From: Candidatus Coatesbacteria bacterium
GTDB lineage: Bacteria > JAFGND01
Reading direction: 5' to 3'
NCBI GenBank assembly: GCA_016927185.1
Contig: JAFGND010000026.1
Location: forward strand, 1-52,955
Length of the DNA: 52,955 nt
Shown here: one piece after another, positions 9,328 to 19,794 of the stretch
Layout: each line of letters begins with the position of its first letter
How positions within the stretch are numbered: the first letter of the stretch is position 1
Translations under genes and position numbers: made by a program
The notes under the pieces: generated by a model
The model's database searches: none
What the model saw: only the letters and a program-made list of their open reading frames with translations
Told to the model about the DNA's origin: nothing

Positions 9328-9975
9328 TTGATTTACATTATAATACTTTGTTTTAATTTACTGCTTTCTTCTCAAGCAGAAGCTGGGAATGATATTAAAT
9401 ATAGTCATTTTTATCTTGGGATTATGGGATTTTACTCTACATTAACCAGCGATAAACTAAATGGGAGTTATGCATTTACAAATGCATTTTCCAGATATTA
9501 TCTTCCCAAAATAAAGAATAATGCAGGTTACGGTTGCCTGTTTGGGATCAAATTCTATTCTTATAACACTGAAATAGCTTATTTCGGGACTAATTATAAA
9601 ACTGAATTCAAGAATCAAACTAGTCATAATGCTCATGACTGGCATATAAACTGGAACAACAAATTCTGCCTGCGTGAACGAAATAGAACACAACCTTATT
9701 TGTTTACAGGACTTGGGCTGGAGAGAATTAAGATTACTGAAAGTGCCTACTTCAGAGATGAAAAGAAAGCCAGAGATGCTCTTTATAATGGATTGGATAT
9801 AGAAGTTGGGATTGGTTTAAGATATTATCTTAGTGAAAAAGTGACAATAAGGTCTGAATTATCTTATAAGTCAACAGGTTTCACTGGAGTAGATGGAAGT
9901 GAATTCAATGAACCTCTTTATACTAATTCCTTCAAATTCCTGCTTGGAACTAATTATAATTTCGGTAAACTATAG
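9328..9975 (+). CDS. Outer-membrane beta-barrel protein (8-strand OmpA-TM/OmpW-like)
   Basis: Signal peptide; amphipathic aromatic strands QPYLFTGLG, VGIGLRYY and terminal LGTNYNF; TTG start. Confidence 0.7.
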   Translation: MIYIIILCFNLLLSSQAEAGNDIKYSHFYLGIMGFYSTLTSDKLNGSYAFTNAFSRYYLPKIKNNAGYGCLFGIKFYSYNTEIAYFGTNYKTEFKNQTSHNAHDWHINWNNKFCLRERNRTQPYLFTGLGLERIKITESAYFRDEKKARDALYNGLDIEVGIGLRYYLSEKVTIRSELSYKSTGFTGVDGSEFNEPLYTNSFKFLLGTNYNFGKL

Positions 9976-11049
9976 AAGATTAGTTACATATTTTGCAATT
10001 GCAAGCGAAGCAGTAAGCCCAGGACTTTCTATACCCAGCAGATTTATAAATCCTTTGTAACCATTTGCAGTTTCTTCAGTTATGTAAAAGTCTTGCTCTG
10101 TTTCACCATACTTCTGTAATTTAGGTCTGATTCCAGACATATCTGGGTAAATACAATCAATTGTAAGAGAAGGAATTAGCTTTCTACCCTCCATCAAGAA
10201 ATCACTTGCTTTTCTTTCGTTTATTTTATAATCTATTTGGTTTACGTAACTTGCATCTGGCCCTAGTTTCACTCCTCCACCTAAATCTATTGTAACATGA
10301 ACTCCCAATCCTGTATTTTCCTTGAGGGGAAGCGGATAGAGAAGATGATTTATTTTAGGAACAGGACTTATCCTGAAATAATCTCCCTTGCATAGGAAGA
10401 CTTCTTTCCTGATATCAAGCAGATTAGATATTTCTGTAGAACCTAATCCTGCGCAATTAATTACAACTTCAGAGATGAATTCAAAATTGTTGCTGAGTCT
10501 GATTTTATACATCCTGTTAATATATTGTATGCCAACAACTTTGGAAGCAAAAGATATAATCCCATTGTTGTCTTCAAATTTCTGTTTTAATGATTTCATA
10601 AATGCATGTGTATCAATGATTCCTGTTGATGGGGAAAATATCGCTTTTCCTGGAAATGCAAGTGGCTCTAGGTTTGTAATATTTTCCTTATTTAATAAGT
10701 AGCAATCACTTACACCATTATCAATAGCCTTCATGAAAAGGTTCATAAGTTCATTTTCTTGTTCATGCTTAGCAACAAGAATTTTGCCACATTTCCGGAA
10801 TGGTATTTTATTTTTCTCACAATACTCATACAAAAAAACTTTGCCTTCCTGACAGAGTCTGCTTTTCAATGAATTCTTTTGATAATAAAGTCCAGCATGT
10901 ATTACTTCACTGTTTCTTGAGGAAATTTCCTGCCCAAAACTCTCATTCTTTTCAACCAATACTATGTGATTGAATGTTTTGGAAAGATCGAAAGCTATTG
11001 AAAGACCGATAACCCCAGCACCAATTATAGTGAAATTAAACTTATCCAA
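9970..11049 (-). CDS. FAD-dependent oxidoreductase, L-2-hydroxyglutarate oxidase (LhgO)-like
   Basis: IIGAGVIG, SSRNSEVIHAGLYY, GVHVTIDLGG, GIRPK, GIESPGLTASLAIA. Confidence 0.88.
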   Translation of the reverse strand: MDKFNFTIIGAGVIGLSIAFDLSKTFNHIVLVEKNESFGQEISSRNSEVIHAGLYYQKNSLKSRLCQEGKVFLYEYCEKNKIPFRKCGKILVAKHEQENELMNLFMKAIDNGVSDCYLLNKENITNLEPLAFPGKAIFSPSTGIIDTHAFMKSLKQKFEDNNGIISFASKVVGIQYINRMYKIRLSNNFEFISEVVINCAGLGSTEISNLLDIRKEVFLCKGDYFRISPVPKINHLLYPLPLKENTGLGVHVTIDLGGGVKLGPDASYVNQIDYKINERKASDFLMEGRKLIPSLTIDCIYPDMSGIRPKLQKYGETEQDFYITEETANGYKGFINLLGIESPGLTASLAIAKYVTNLL

Positions 11050-11058
11050 ATGACTAAT

Positions 11059-13254
11059 CTAATCAATATCCCAAAAAATTCCAATTGAAGCGCCATGCCA
11101 GAAAGTCTTGTTCTTCCTGTCTTTTATCTGGTAATAATCCTTGCCTTTCATATCTATATGAATACCAAGGCTTTTAGCTCCCCTGCCCTCTTCATAAGAG
11201 TTATCTCCGCCATATCCGCAAGCATTATTATACGCAGAATAAACATCATTTCCCGAGAAATCCAGGTGAATACCAAAAGCGTTTTGTGCAGCTCCACCAT
11301 TGGTATAGGATGGAGAGTAATACATATCATCTCCCGAGTAATCAAGTAGATAACCACATGACATGTCCCATGAAGAGCCTTGATCCGCTGCAATATCAGC
11401 AATATACCTGTCATTCCCTGCCTTGTCAACTAGTATCCCTATAGCATGATGAGCAGAAGATCCCTGTGAATACCTGCTTCCATCATATAAATCATTACCT
11501 TCATTGTCATAAAGCATCCCTAGACCAAGAAAATAACCAAGCCCTTGAGAGAAATTTCCAGCATAATACTTATCTCTTCCCGAGCAATCAATCAGCAAAC
11601 CTATTCCAGCAGAAGCATATAGTCTGATGCCCATTGCACATCCCTGGGAAAAACTCTGGAACAAGCCAGGCACTCCATATGAACATGGGTAAAGGCCAGT
11701 TGCCCTATATGTATCGTTCCCGCTTTTATCAAGAAGCAGCCCTATGCTCTTAGGACCGGCAAATCCTTGAGAATATATTGCTGAATTGTAATAATCGTTA
11801 CCAGATAAATCAATTAGCAATCCAAGTCCAAACAGTGAAGAACCTTGAGCAAAATCTCTTGCATTGTATATGTCGTCTCCATTACAGTCATAAATGAGAC
11901 CTGAACCCAAATAGCCAAATCCCAGTCCACCTTGCTTTACTGAATACTCATCATTTCCTTCAAAATCAATTATCCCACCATTCCCGAAAAAGCCTGAAGC
12001 CAGAGAAATATTCTCTCCATAGTATTTGTCATTTCCACTCATGTCTACTATTATAATATTCTTCTGCTCATTAAATTTGTAAATATCATTTCCTCCCAAA
12101 TCAATTATCATTGCTGCATCTATATTCTCATAGACATTATTTTCCTTACCTCCAAGGATTACTGGTCCTGATTTCGTTTTAGCGATTATCCTTGCTTTCC
12201 CCTTGATATTATCTAACAAATCTCCGGATGTCATTTCCTTAATCTTTGATAGAAAAAGCCAGTAATCCTTTTTTGAAAAATCTGTTAAAACAATAAATGA
12301 CATGATAAGTGCTTTGTAATCAACTTTTTTAGTGAGATTTATGAATTGAAATCTGTCTATGAATTCCTGCTGCTTTTCTAATGTATGTATGTATATATTT
12401 TCTGGAAGATCTGCCAATAATTCCCTTGCAGTCTTTTTCATCTTACTGATTTCTTCTTCAGTAAGTTCTGAAAAAGCCTTTTCCCTGTAACTATAGCTTA
12501 AATCAAGAATTTTTTCAATCTGAGAAAAATCTTCTTGCTCATTATTATCTAAACTATTACTATTTAATAATACTGGTTCAGGTTTCCTTTCTATTATTAT
12601 CTCTTCATCCATGAGATTAGACATCAACAAGACAATTTCTTTAAGATCAGAAGTCTTTATGAATGGATTAGCAATAGCTTCTGCCAGGGGAGCTACTTTT
12701 AATGGATTCCTGAATAGGAACTGAAAAGTATTTAGAGTATATACTCCCCTTTTTTCATCAAGCTCCTTGTTGAAAAGCTTTTTTAGTATATCGAAATCCT
12801 TATCAGCTCCTGCCTTGTTTATTGCTTTTAATAAATACCTTTCTGAAAAATCATCTATAGAAAGTACTCCTTTAAGAAAAGGAGTGATCTCATAATCATC
12901 CAATTTCCTTCCTGTTTTCATATGAGAAAGAGCATCTTTGGGATTTCCTAATTGCAGTGTTTTTTCAAGGATTTCTTCTCCTCTTTTTATAACCAGTTTT
13001 ACATTCTGGTAAGGCTTGTACCTTTTTATAATCAATTGAAAATCCTGATAGTTAACAATTTTCAAACTGTCTATCTGAAGCAGAATGTCTCCAGTTCTTA
13101 TATCTGCTTTTGCTAAGGGAGAATTCCAGTATACCCAGCCAAGTATCAATTTGTCAGTAGTTCCTTGATCAGGATAAAAACCAAGAAAAGGTCTATCTTC
13201 TGCATAAACAAATGATATGCAACAAATTATGCTGATTAAAATTGCTTTTTTCAT
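11059..13254 (-). CDS. Exported protein with N-terminal PDZ domain and C-terminal Gly/Asp-rich solenoid repeats
   Basis: Signal peptide; PFLGF...SPLAKADIRTGDILLQID PDZ; more than ten G.G.L.D..G.D.Y repeats. Confidence 0.75.
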   Translation of the reverse strand: MKKAILISIICCISFVYAEDRPFLGFYPDQGTTDKLILGWVYWNSPLAKADIRTGDILLQIDSLKIVNYQDFQLIIKRYKPYQNVKLVIKRGEEILEKTLQLGNPKDALSHMKTGRKLDDYEITPFLKGVLSIDDFSERYLLKAINKAGADKDFDILKKLFNKELDEKRGVYTLNTFQFLFRNPLKVAPLAEAIANPFIKTSDLKEIVLLMSNLMDEEIIIERKPEPVLLNSNSLDNNEQEDFSQIEKILDLSYSYREKAFSELTEEEISKMKKTARELLADLPENIYIHTLEKQQEFIDRFQFINLTKKVDYKALIMSFIVLTDFSKKDYWLFLSKIKEMTSGDLLDNIKGKARIIAKTKSGPVILGGKENNVYENIDAAMIIDLGGNDIYKFNEQKNIIIVDMSGNDKYYGENISLASGFFGNGGIIDFEGNDEYSVKQGGLGFGYLGSGLIYDCNGDDIYNARDFAQGSSLFGLGLLIDLSGNDYYNSAIYSQGFAGPKSIGLLLDKSGNDTYRATGLYPCSYGVPGLFQSFSQGCAMGIRLYASAGIGLLIDCSGRDKYYAGNFSQGLGYFLGLGMLYDNEGNDLYDGSRYSQGSSAHHAIGILVDKAGNDRYIADIAADQGSSWDMSCGYLLDYSGDDMYYSPSYTNGGAAQNAFGIHLDFSGNDVYSAYNNACGYGGDNSYEEGRGAKSLGIHIDMKGKDYYQIKDRKNKTFWHGASIGIFWDID

Positions 13255-13257
13255 GTT

Positions 13258-14652
13258 TTAGAACAACGCATTCTTTGGAGTTCTAGGATAAGGGATAACG
13301 TCTCTGATGTTAGTCATTCCAGTTGAATACTGAACCAGTCTGTCAAATCCTAAACCAAAGCCAGCATGAGGAATAGTTCCGAACTTCCTGAGTTCAAGAT
13401 ACCAAATATAATCCTCTATATTAAGATTCATTTCCTTGATCCGTCTTATTAAAACATCCTCTCTCTCTTCACGGACACTTCCCCCAACAATCTCTCCTAC
13501 TCCAGGGACTAAAACATCCATTGCAGAAACTGTCTTTTCATCATCATCCAGTCTCATATAGAATGCCTTGATTTCTTTTGGATAATTGGTTACAATTACT
13601 GGACAGTCAAATGCCTTTTCTGTAATGTATCTTTCATGCTCTGCCTGAAGATCAGTTCCCCAGAAAACTGGATACTCAAATTGCTGCTTTGAATTAGCAA
13701 GAATATCAATAGCTTCAGCATATGTTATATGCTTGAAAGACTTGTTTACAATATTCTTCAGTTTTGTAATCAAGCCGTTTTCCACCCATTTATCAAGAAA
13801 GTTAAGATCTTCTTCCCGTAAAATCAGGAGCTCATTCATTATATATTTGAGACAATCTTCTGCAAGCTCCATATTCTCTTTCAAGCCAGCAAAAGCTATT
13901 TCTGGTTCAATCATCCAGAATTCAGAACAGTGCCTGCTTGTGTTAGATTTTTCAGCCCTGAATGTTGGACCAAATGTATATACATTCCCCAGAGAACAGC
14001 AAAACGGTTCAACATTCAGCTGTCCTGATACAGTAAGGAAAGTCTGTTTCCCGAAGAAATCCTCGTTATAATCTACTAATCCTTCATCATTTTTCTGAAT
14101 ATTAGCAAGATCAAGAGTGGTTACCCTGAACATCTCTCCAGCTCCCTCGCAGTCAGATCCAGTAATTATTGGAGTCTGGATGTAAAGGAATCCCCTTTCC
14201 TGAAAAAATTTATGTATTGAAAATGACAAGGTAGAACGTATTCTGACTACTGCTCCTTGAGTATTAGTTCTTGATCTTAGATGAAGAATGGAACGCAAAT
14301 ACTCAAAAGAATGTCTTTTCTTCTGAAGAGGATATAAATCAGATGGACACTTTCCAATTATCTTGATTCTTGAAGCAGAGAGCTCAACTTCTTGACCTTT
14401 TGCAGGAGATTCTATTAATAATCCCTCTATTTCAATGCTACTACCTGTTGTAAGATCATCTAATAATGATTCATAGTTTTCTATATTTTTTTCTTCAAGA
14501 ATAATCTGAAGGTTATTTATTACAGAACCATCATTTATTTCAAGAAAAGTTATATTTTTCGATTGTCTGGCAGTTCTTATCCAGCCTTTTATTTTGTATA
14601 TTTTTCCTGCCTTGTCTTTATTCAACAATTCTGATATTTTGATTTCAGTCAT
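13258..14652 (-). CDS. asnS: Asparagine--tRNA ligase
   Basis: OB fold GWIRTAR; LTVSGQL; FGPTFRAEKSNTSRH; PHAGFGLGFDR. Confidence 0.98.
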   Translation of the reverse strand: MTEIKISELLNKDKAGKIYKIKGWIRTARQSKNITFLEINDGSVINNLQIILEEKNIENYESLLDDLTTGSSIEIEGLLIESPAKGQEVELSASRIKIIGKCPSDLYPLQKKRHSFEYLRSILHLRSRTNTQGAVVRIRSTLSFSIHKFFQERGFLYIQTPIITGSDCEGAGEMFRVTTLDLANIQKNDEGLVDYNEDFFGKQTFLTVSGQLNVEPFCCSLGNVYTFGPTFRAEKSNTSRHCSEFWMIEPEIAFAGLKENMELAEDCLKYIMNELLILREEDLNFLDKWVENGLITKLKNIVNKSFKHITYAEAIDILANSKQQFEYPVFWGTDLQAEHERYITEKAFDCPVIVTNYPKEIKAFYMRLDDDEKTVSAMDVLVPGVGEIVGGSVREEREDVLIRRIKEMNLNIEDYIWYLELRKFGTIPHAGFGLGFDRLVQYSTGMTNIRDVIPYPRTPKNALF

Positions 14653-14676
14653 ATCCTCTTCCTATTAAACTATTCA

Positions 14677-16167
14677 TTAACAGCTTGATTTCTCAACAAC
14701 TGGAAAAGTTGGGATCGGTTCTTCCATATTACCTGAACTAGCATATTTCTTTGGATTCATTTTCAAGATAGCTCTTAACCCAGCTAAGTTGATTTTTACA
14801 TCTGTCCAGGATCTGATTTTCTTCAGCCTTTGCCATATATAGCTTGGTCTCATATAATATCCCTTGAAAGCAGCTTGCTGAAGATATCTTAACTTGTTCT
14901 CATCCATAGTATAAGGAACAAATGGCAGAAGATGCATTCCCAGTTTTGTAATATCAGGCTCAAGAAGCCTGCCATATTTCTCAATATCATTATATAATCT
15001 AGTACCAGGAAATGGAGTACAAGGGAAAAATTCTACATAATCACTATTTAATTCATGAGCAAATTTTATTGTTTCTAATGCTTCTTCATATGTTTCTCCA
15101 GGTATACCGAGTATGAAAGTATTTATCATTGAAATTCCATATTTGTGAGTTAATGCCACTGTTTCTCTTATTTGATCAAGGGTAATCTTCTTGCCAATCA
15201 TATCCAGATTTTTCTGAACTCCGCTTTCAATACCATATTGAATATAATGGCAGCCTGAACGTTTCATCAATTTCAATAAATCCTTGTCTACTCCATCTAT
15301 TCTTCCTGAGCATGACCATATTACATCCCATTGTTTCCCATACTTTTCTCTCTTCTTTATCATTCCTTCACAGATTTTTGCTACGCGTTCTCTGTCATGT
15401 GTAAAATTCTCATCCCAGAATTTCATTTCTCTTATTTCAAACAAATCTATCCATCTTTGCATTTCCTCAATAATGTTTTCTGGAGATCTCATCCTTATCT
15501 GATCTCCCCCAATCTTGAAACAATATATACAACTGTTTGGACAACCTCTTGAGGTCATCATTTCACCAACTGGAAGTCTCTTATATTGACCTACACTTGG
15601 AACATACCATTTGCAATCAAGTAAGTCTATGGCTGGAAATGGAATACTGTCTAGATCTTCAGTAAATGGATAATCACCATGAAATTTAATCTCGTTATTA
15701 TCCCTGTAATAAACTCCTAATAATCCACTAAGAGATTCAGAATTCTTTATTCTGTCAAGAAGCTTTAAAGTACTATATTCTCCTTCGTTTACAACTACGT
15801 AATCTAGTGCATTGCATTCCTTTAAGCATCTCTCTTTAAGGAAGGTTGGCCCCTGTCCCCCAGCAGCTATTTTTACTTTCGGTAATACTTCCCTAACATC
15901 AGACATTAATTCTTTGGCTCTTTCCCATAATTTAGCAACGCATGATACACCTAAAAAATCAGGATTCTCATTTTTCAGGACTTCAACCATTCCTCTCATA
16001 GTAAACCTTGCCCCATCATAGGCTTTCACTTCATAACCAGCTTCTCTTAAAACAGCAGCAATATAGAGAATGCCAAGAGGAGGCCAAAATCCAGCAATGG
16101 TATCCTGCAATGCTTCAAAATGACTGTCCTTATGAGTCCATGGTGGAATTATAAAAATACATTTCAT
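14677..16167 (-). CDS. Cobalamin-binding radical SAM protein (BchE/class B methyltransferase-like)
   Basis: PPLGILYIAAVL N-terminal B12-binding region; SRGCPNSCIYC; GIESG; FILGIPGET; PFPGT. Confidence 0.9.
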   Translation of the reverse strand: MKCIFIIPPWTHKDSHFEALQDTIAGFWPPLGILYIAAVLREAGYEVKAYDGARFTMRGMVEVLKNENPDFLGVSCVAKLWERAKELMSDVREVLPKVKIAAGGQGPTFLKERCLKECNALDYVVVNEGEYSTLKLLDRIKNSESLSGLLGVYYRDNNEIKFHGDYPFTEDLDSIPFPAIDLLDCKWYVPSVGQYKRLPVGEMMTSRGCPNSCIYCFKIGGDQIRMRSPENIIEEMQRWIDLFEIREMKFWDENFTHDRERVAKICEGMIKKREKYGKQWDVIWSCSGRIDGVDKDLLKLMKRSGCHYIQYGIESGVQKNLDMIGKKITLDQIRETVALTHKYGISMINTFILGIPGETYEEALETIKFAHELNSDYVEFFPCTPFPGTRLYNDIEKYGRLLEPDITKLGMHLLPFVPYTMDENKLRYLQQAAFKGYYMRPSYIWQRLKKIRSWTDVKINLAGLRAILKMNPKKYASSGNMEEPIPTFPVVEKSSC

Positions 16168-16228
16168 AGAACAATTTTCCTGATTTTTCAGTACTCCTTT
16201 AAAGAATATAAAGTCCCATCATCTATTG

Positions 16229-18856
16229 TCAATCGATTTGGACAAGCTTTCTTAAAAACACTCCTCTGGATGTTTTTATTTTAAGGAAGAAAATCCCACC
16301 TGACTTCATTCTTTCTATTCTCAACGTTCCATATCCCTTATTCAAGCAGGAATTCTTCTTTCTGACTAGTCTCCCCCTTATATCATAATATGAAATAGAG
16401 ATTTTTTCTGCTTCAGGAAGAGAGACTCTTATAAAACTTTCTGTTCTGCATGGTTGAGGATAGATTTCTCCTATCTTGAATGGAATAGATATTTCCTGAG
16501 GTGTCAAGAAGTTGCTTAAAGCATTTGATCCAACATCAATTTTGAACCAGACCTGATCATCTGGAGGACCAAAATGTCCCGAATCGCTGAACCAAGCATA
16601 ACTCTCCTGAACAAGTCCCCAATTCTCTATGTATTCCTTTTCCATGTTAGACATTGGAGCGGTCAGAATAAACATGAATACTGCTTTCTGACCTGGCAAA
16701 GCATTCCTGTTAGGTTTTGCAGGTCTGCACTTGCTAATCCAATTCCCTTCCGTATAGAAAACACTTTCCCTGTCTCTTTCCATTGTGGTTGCTAATAAAG
16801 TCTCACTATTCCATGAATTTTCTCCGATATTTTCGAATTCAATGAAGGAAGGTGATTTTTCCCCATAACTCATCCTGGAAGGATATTGCTGGTTCAAATA
16901 TTTAGCTCCAAGTTTTCCAGAATATCCGCCTCTAATTATATCCAGATACTCCCCTGCACTTCCAGCTGATGACCATCCTGTTTTATAATCAGGGACATTA
17001 GCAATATTTATATGATACCAATAGCCTGAAGATTCTGTAATAGTGAACATCTGCCCAGTACTTATAGTCGTAATAATTGGATAATTTGTTCCTGGACCGG
17101 ATCTTACGTTAAGAACTCCGTCCATTGCAAAAGGTTTCACTTTTACATAGTCAGTTTCAAGATGTCCTGTCAAATAACCATTGTCTCCGTTACCTCCATA
17201 ACACCATCCTGATGTTGTACCTGTTCCAGAAGGAATATAAATTCTATACCAGTTGTTCTTGTAAGAAGTACATACGAATTCCTGCCCTTCATATACCTTG
17301 CAGATTTCTTCTGAATATGTATCTGCTTGCTTTCTTACTGGTAATTCTTCTATGCCAACGACTTTTACAACAAAAGGTCTGACATCTGATTCCTCTTCAG
17401 TTCCATTGTATTTTCTTGGTATATAACCAGAAAGTGATGAGAAATTGTATGTCCTGTAGCTCACTCTCCAGTCAACCCCAGAAGCTTCCAAAGTCAAGAC
17501 ACTATTTTCCGGATTATCTTCAGCGCATAGCCTGACATGAGAACCAGCATTATTCAGGCAATCTCCCCTCTTCATATCATTGTATGATGGCAGTTCTTCT
17601 GAAATGTTAGGGATTGTGCTAGTACCATATTTCTGAGTCGTTCCCCATGCCCGAGAAACGAATCCTGAGCAATCTACTCCAATACAATAGTTACTTGCTG
17701 AAGCTTTATCAGTATAATTATCTCCTGCATATTTTGTAGCTAATCCAGTATCAAAACCTGCTATACTTGAAAATCCCCCCCATTGATACGGTATTTTTTC
17801 CTTGTATCCTTCAGTAACCCATGATGGAGTACATATATACTTGCCATCATTATCTTGCTTTGTACCGTATGTTATATTCCATGTATTAGCATACCATTCA
17901 TGAGATTCATATGGAACTGCATTTGCCATAATCTGATCCCTGGTAATAGAAACAAATCCATTATCAGGTTCAGGGAAAGTTGTTTCTCTCACTCTTGTTT
18001 CCCAGAATGCATCTCTTTTAGAATCAATTATGCCTTTCAGCTTGACATATCCTTTTAATTCATTATTGGTTAATGAAAACAGTACTAATTCATGCTTATT
18101 TGCCAGCAATATGTGAAATATGCCGTTTGTATCCATAAAGAAATTATGCTTTATAAAAGCATATGGATAAAGTGGAAGTTCTACTATTGCTTTAGTATTG
18201 CCACTTTCATCTGCTATATAAATAAAACCCTGCGCAAGAATTGGTGATTTACTATATACCTTTTCTGCATATATATAATAGTTTCCTGATTTGTCTTTTG
18301 CAAAGGGAATAATGCTTCCCCTGTTGACAAGATTGAAAAATTTGTTTTTGAAATAGAAACCAGAATCCGTTCTAATAATTGAAATTGATTCATTTTCATT
18401 TACTGGATATCCCAATCCCCTAATATTAGTTCCATCTACTGACTGCCAAAATCCTTTGGGATCAATTACAACCCAATGTCCCTTGAAGTGAGTAATTCGC
18501 CATGCTGCAAACCAGCCAGATGGTAGTCTGAATTTATTCCTTATAGTTCCATCAAGAGAAGTTATATATACATTCCTGCCAGAAAGAAAGCCAAACTCGT
18601 TATTATTCAAGCAAATATTTTCAGCATAATCAGGGATTTTTATTTCCCTGATAAATCTGCTTTTCTCGAGGGAATACTCATATACTATATTCTCTTGAAG
18701 AAGATAAATTATATTTTCATTCAAGACATATGAAGAGGGAGCATATCTTCCTTCCTGTAATTCTCTGAATTGAAATGGGATTCTCAGAGAATCTGCATGT
18801 AAAAAAAAGTATGTTAAAAGTATAATAAATGAAATGAATACTAGTTTCGCTTTCAT
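16229..18856 (-). CDS. Secreted multidomain peptidoglycan hydrolase-like protein: NlpC/P60-type Cys domain, two SH3b domains, Ig-like domain, T9SS-like C-terminal sorting domain
   Basis: Signal peptide; PYQWGG...GVDCSGFVSRAW...GSHVRL; LPVRKQAD and LNVRSGPGTNYPII; C-terminal IYPQP...YDIRGRLV...GIFFLKI...KLV. Confidence 0.75.
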   Translation of the reverse strand: MKAKLVFISFIILLTYFFLHADSLRIPFQFRELQEGRYAPSSYVLNENIIYLLQENIVYEYSLEKSRFIREIKIPDYAENICLNNNEFGFLSGRNVYITSLDGTIRNKFRLPSGWFAAWRITHFKGHWVVIDPKGFWQSVDGTNIRGLGYPVNENESISIIRTDSGFYFKNKFFNLVNRGSIIPFAKDKSGNYYIYAEKVYSKSPILAQGFIYIADESGNTKAIVELPLYPYAFIKHNFFMDTNGIFHILLANKHELVLFSLTNNELKGYVKLKGIIDSKRDAFWETRVRETTFPEPDNGFVSITRDQIMANAVPYESHEWYANTWNITYGTKQDNDGKYICTPSWVTEGYKEKIPYQWGGFSSIAGFDTGLATKYAGDNYTDKASASNYCIGVDCSGFVSRAWGTTQKYGTSTIPNISEELPSYNDMKRGDCLNNAGSHVRLCAEDNPENSVLTLEASGVDWRVSYRTYNFSSLSGYIPRKYNGTEEESDVRPFVVKVVGIEELPVRKQADTYSEEICKVYEGQEFVCTSYKNNWYRIYIPSGTGTTSGWCYGGNGDNGYLTGHLETDYVKVKPFAMDGVLNVRSGPGTNYPIITTISTGQMFTITESSGYWYHINIANVPDYKTGWSSAGSAGEYLDIIRGGYSGKLGAKYLNQQYPSRMSYGEKSPSFIEFENIGENSWNSETLLATTMERDRESVFYTEGNWISKCRPAKPNRNALPGQKAVFMFILTAPMSNMEKEYIENWGLVQESYAWFSDSGHFGPPDDQVWFKIDVGSNALSNFLTPQEISIPFKIGEIYPQPCRTESFIRVSLPEAEKISISYYDIRGRLVRKKNSCLNKGYGTLRIERMKSGGIFFLKIKTSRGVFLRKLVQID

Positions 18857-19018
18857 AGTTCTCCCGATAAATATTCTTTTTGCTAGAAGTTGCTTATAAT
18901 ATTAAAAAGTCAAGCTTAAACAGAAGGCTATCTATAAAACTTCAGGCTCATGAAAATAAGCAAAGCGAAGTACAATATCACAATTAACTGTATTGAAATT
19001 GATCAACCAAATAGCATC

Positions 19019-19058
19019 AAAAAAAGAGGGGTAGAGTTTGCCAACCCTCTTCTTTTTT
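19019..19058. terminator. Intrinsic terminator, likely ending the minus-strand anti-sigma/Spy transcript (possibly bidirectional)
   Basis: AAAAAAAGAGGG-N14-CCCTCTTCTTTTTT stem flanked by A and T tracts, directly after the stop at 19063. Confidence 0.7.
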
Positions 19059-19062
19059 ATTT

Positions 19063-19794
19063 TTACCTAGTATCTTTTTTGGGGTCTCCAAAATCCTTTT
19101 TATCTGCTTGTGGCATCTCATTTTTATGATTCATGAATCTTTGATTTGGTCTTCCCCATCTTTTTTCCATTGGATTAAAATCTCTTTTTTCTTGTCTGTT
19201 CATAAGCCAGCGTTTCAGGAAAGGTCTATTCATCCTGTTATCTTCCAGCCTGTTCTGGATTTTTCCTTTTCCAAGCATTCCCTGCATAAGTCTCTGCATT
19301 ATGAATGCTCTCTGCTCTGGCATAAGAATCTTTGATGCAGCTATTACATGCTTCATTTTTAATTTATCAAGATCTGCTTCCAGTTTTGCTTTTTCATCAA
19401 TTATAGGATCAATCTTTGCCTGATCAGGATTTTCAGCTTTCAGCTCTTCAAAAATTGCTTTCTGCTTTTCACCTATTTTTTTCCTTGTTTCTTCACTTTC
19501 CTTTAGAAAACTATCCATTAAATCCTTTAATTTGGTTCTCTGCTCTTTATTCAAAGGTGATGGAGTATCCTTTTTGTCTATGCCTCCCAGATCTTGCATA
19601 AAAGGCATCATTTCAGGAGGATGCATCCTTTGATTATGCCTGAAAAAGCCTAGAACTGTTATTAAAACAACAAGATTAATAATGACAGAAAAAGCAAGAA
19701 CACTATAAAGAATTATATTCTTTACAGGTAGTTTCTTTTTGGGTTTAAGAAGAATTTCCTCTTCTTCTTTTTTCATTTCATCCTCAGTTTCCAT
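19063..19794 (-). CDS. Membrane-anchored Spy/CpxP/ZraP-family (periplasmic heavy-metal sensor-like) protein
   Basis: TM segment, then LNKEQ...NPDQAKID...ILMPEQR (LTxxQ-like motifs); Met-rich. Confidence 0.75.
   Translation of the reverse strand: METEDEMKKEEEEILLKPKKKLPVKNIILYSVLAFSVIINLVVLITVLGFFRHNQRMHPPEMMPFMQDLGGIDKKDTPSPLNKEQRTKLKDLMDSFLKESEETRKKIGEKQKAIFEELKAENPDQAKIDPIIDEKAKLEADLDKLKMKHVIAASKILMPEQRAFIMQRLMQGMLGKGKIQNRLEDNRMNRPFLKRWLMNRQEKRDFNPMEKRWGRPNQRFMNHKNEMPQADKKDFGDPKKDTR

Noticed and set aside
9-11049. Activase plus LhgO-like gene as a 2-hydroxyglutarate (glutamate fermentation) pathway
   Set aside because: The genes are on opposite strands and separated by the chaperone operon; no CoA-transferase or glutaconyl-CoA decarboxylase is present; the fusion layout fits PlsA-like proteins better
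11059-12150. Periodic sequence as a possible CRISPR or DNA repeat array
   Set aside because: The periodicity is at the protein level with divergent codons; there are no identical direct repeats with spacers
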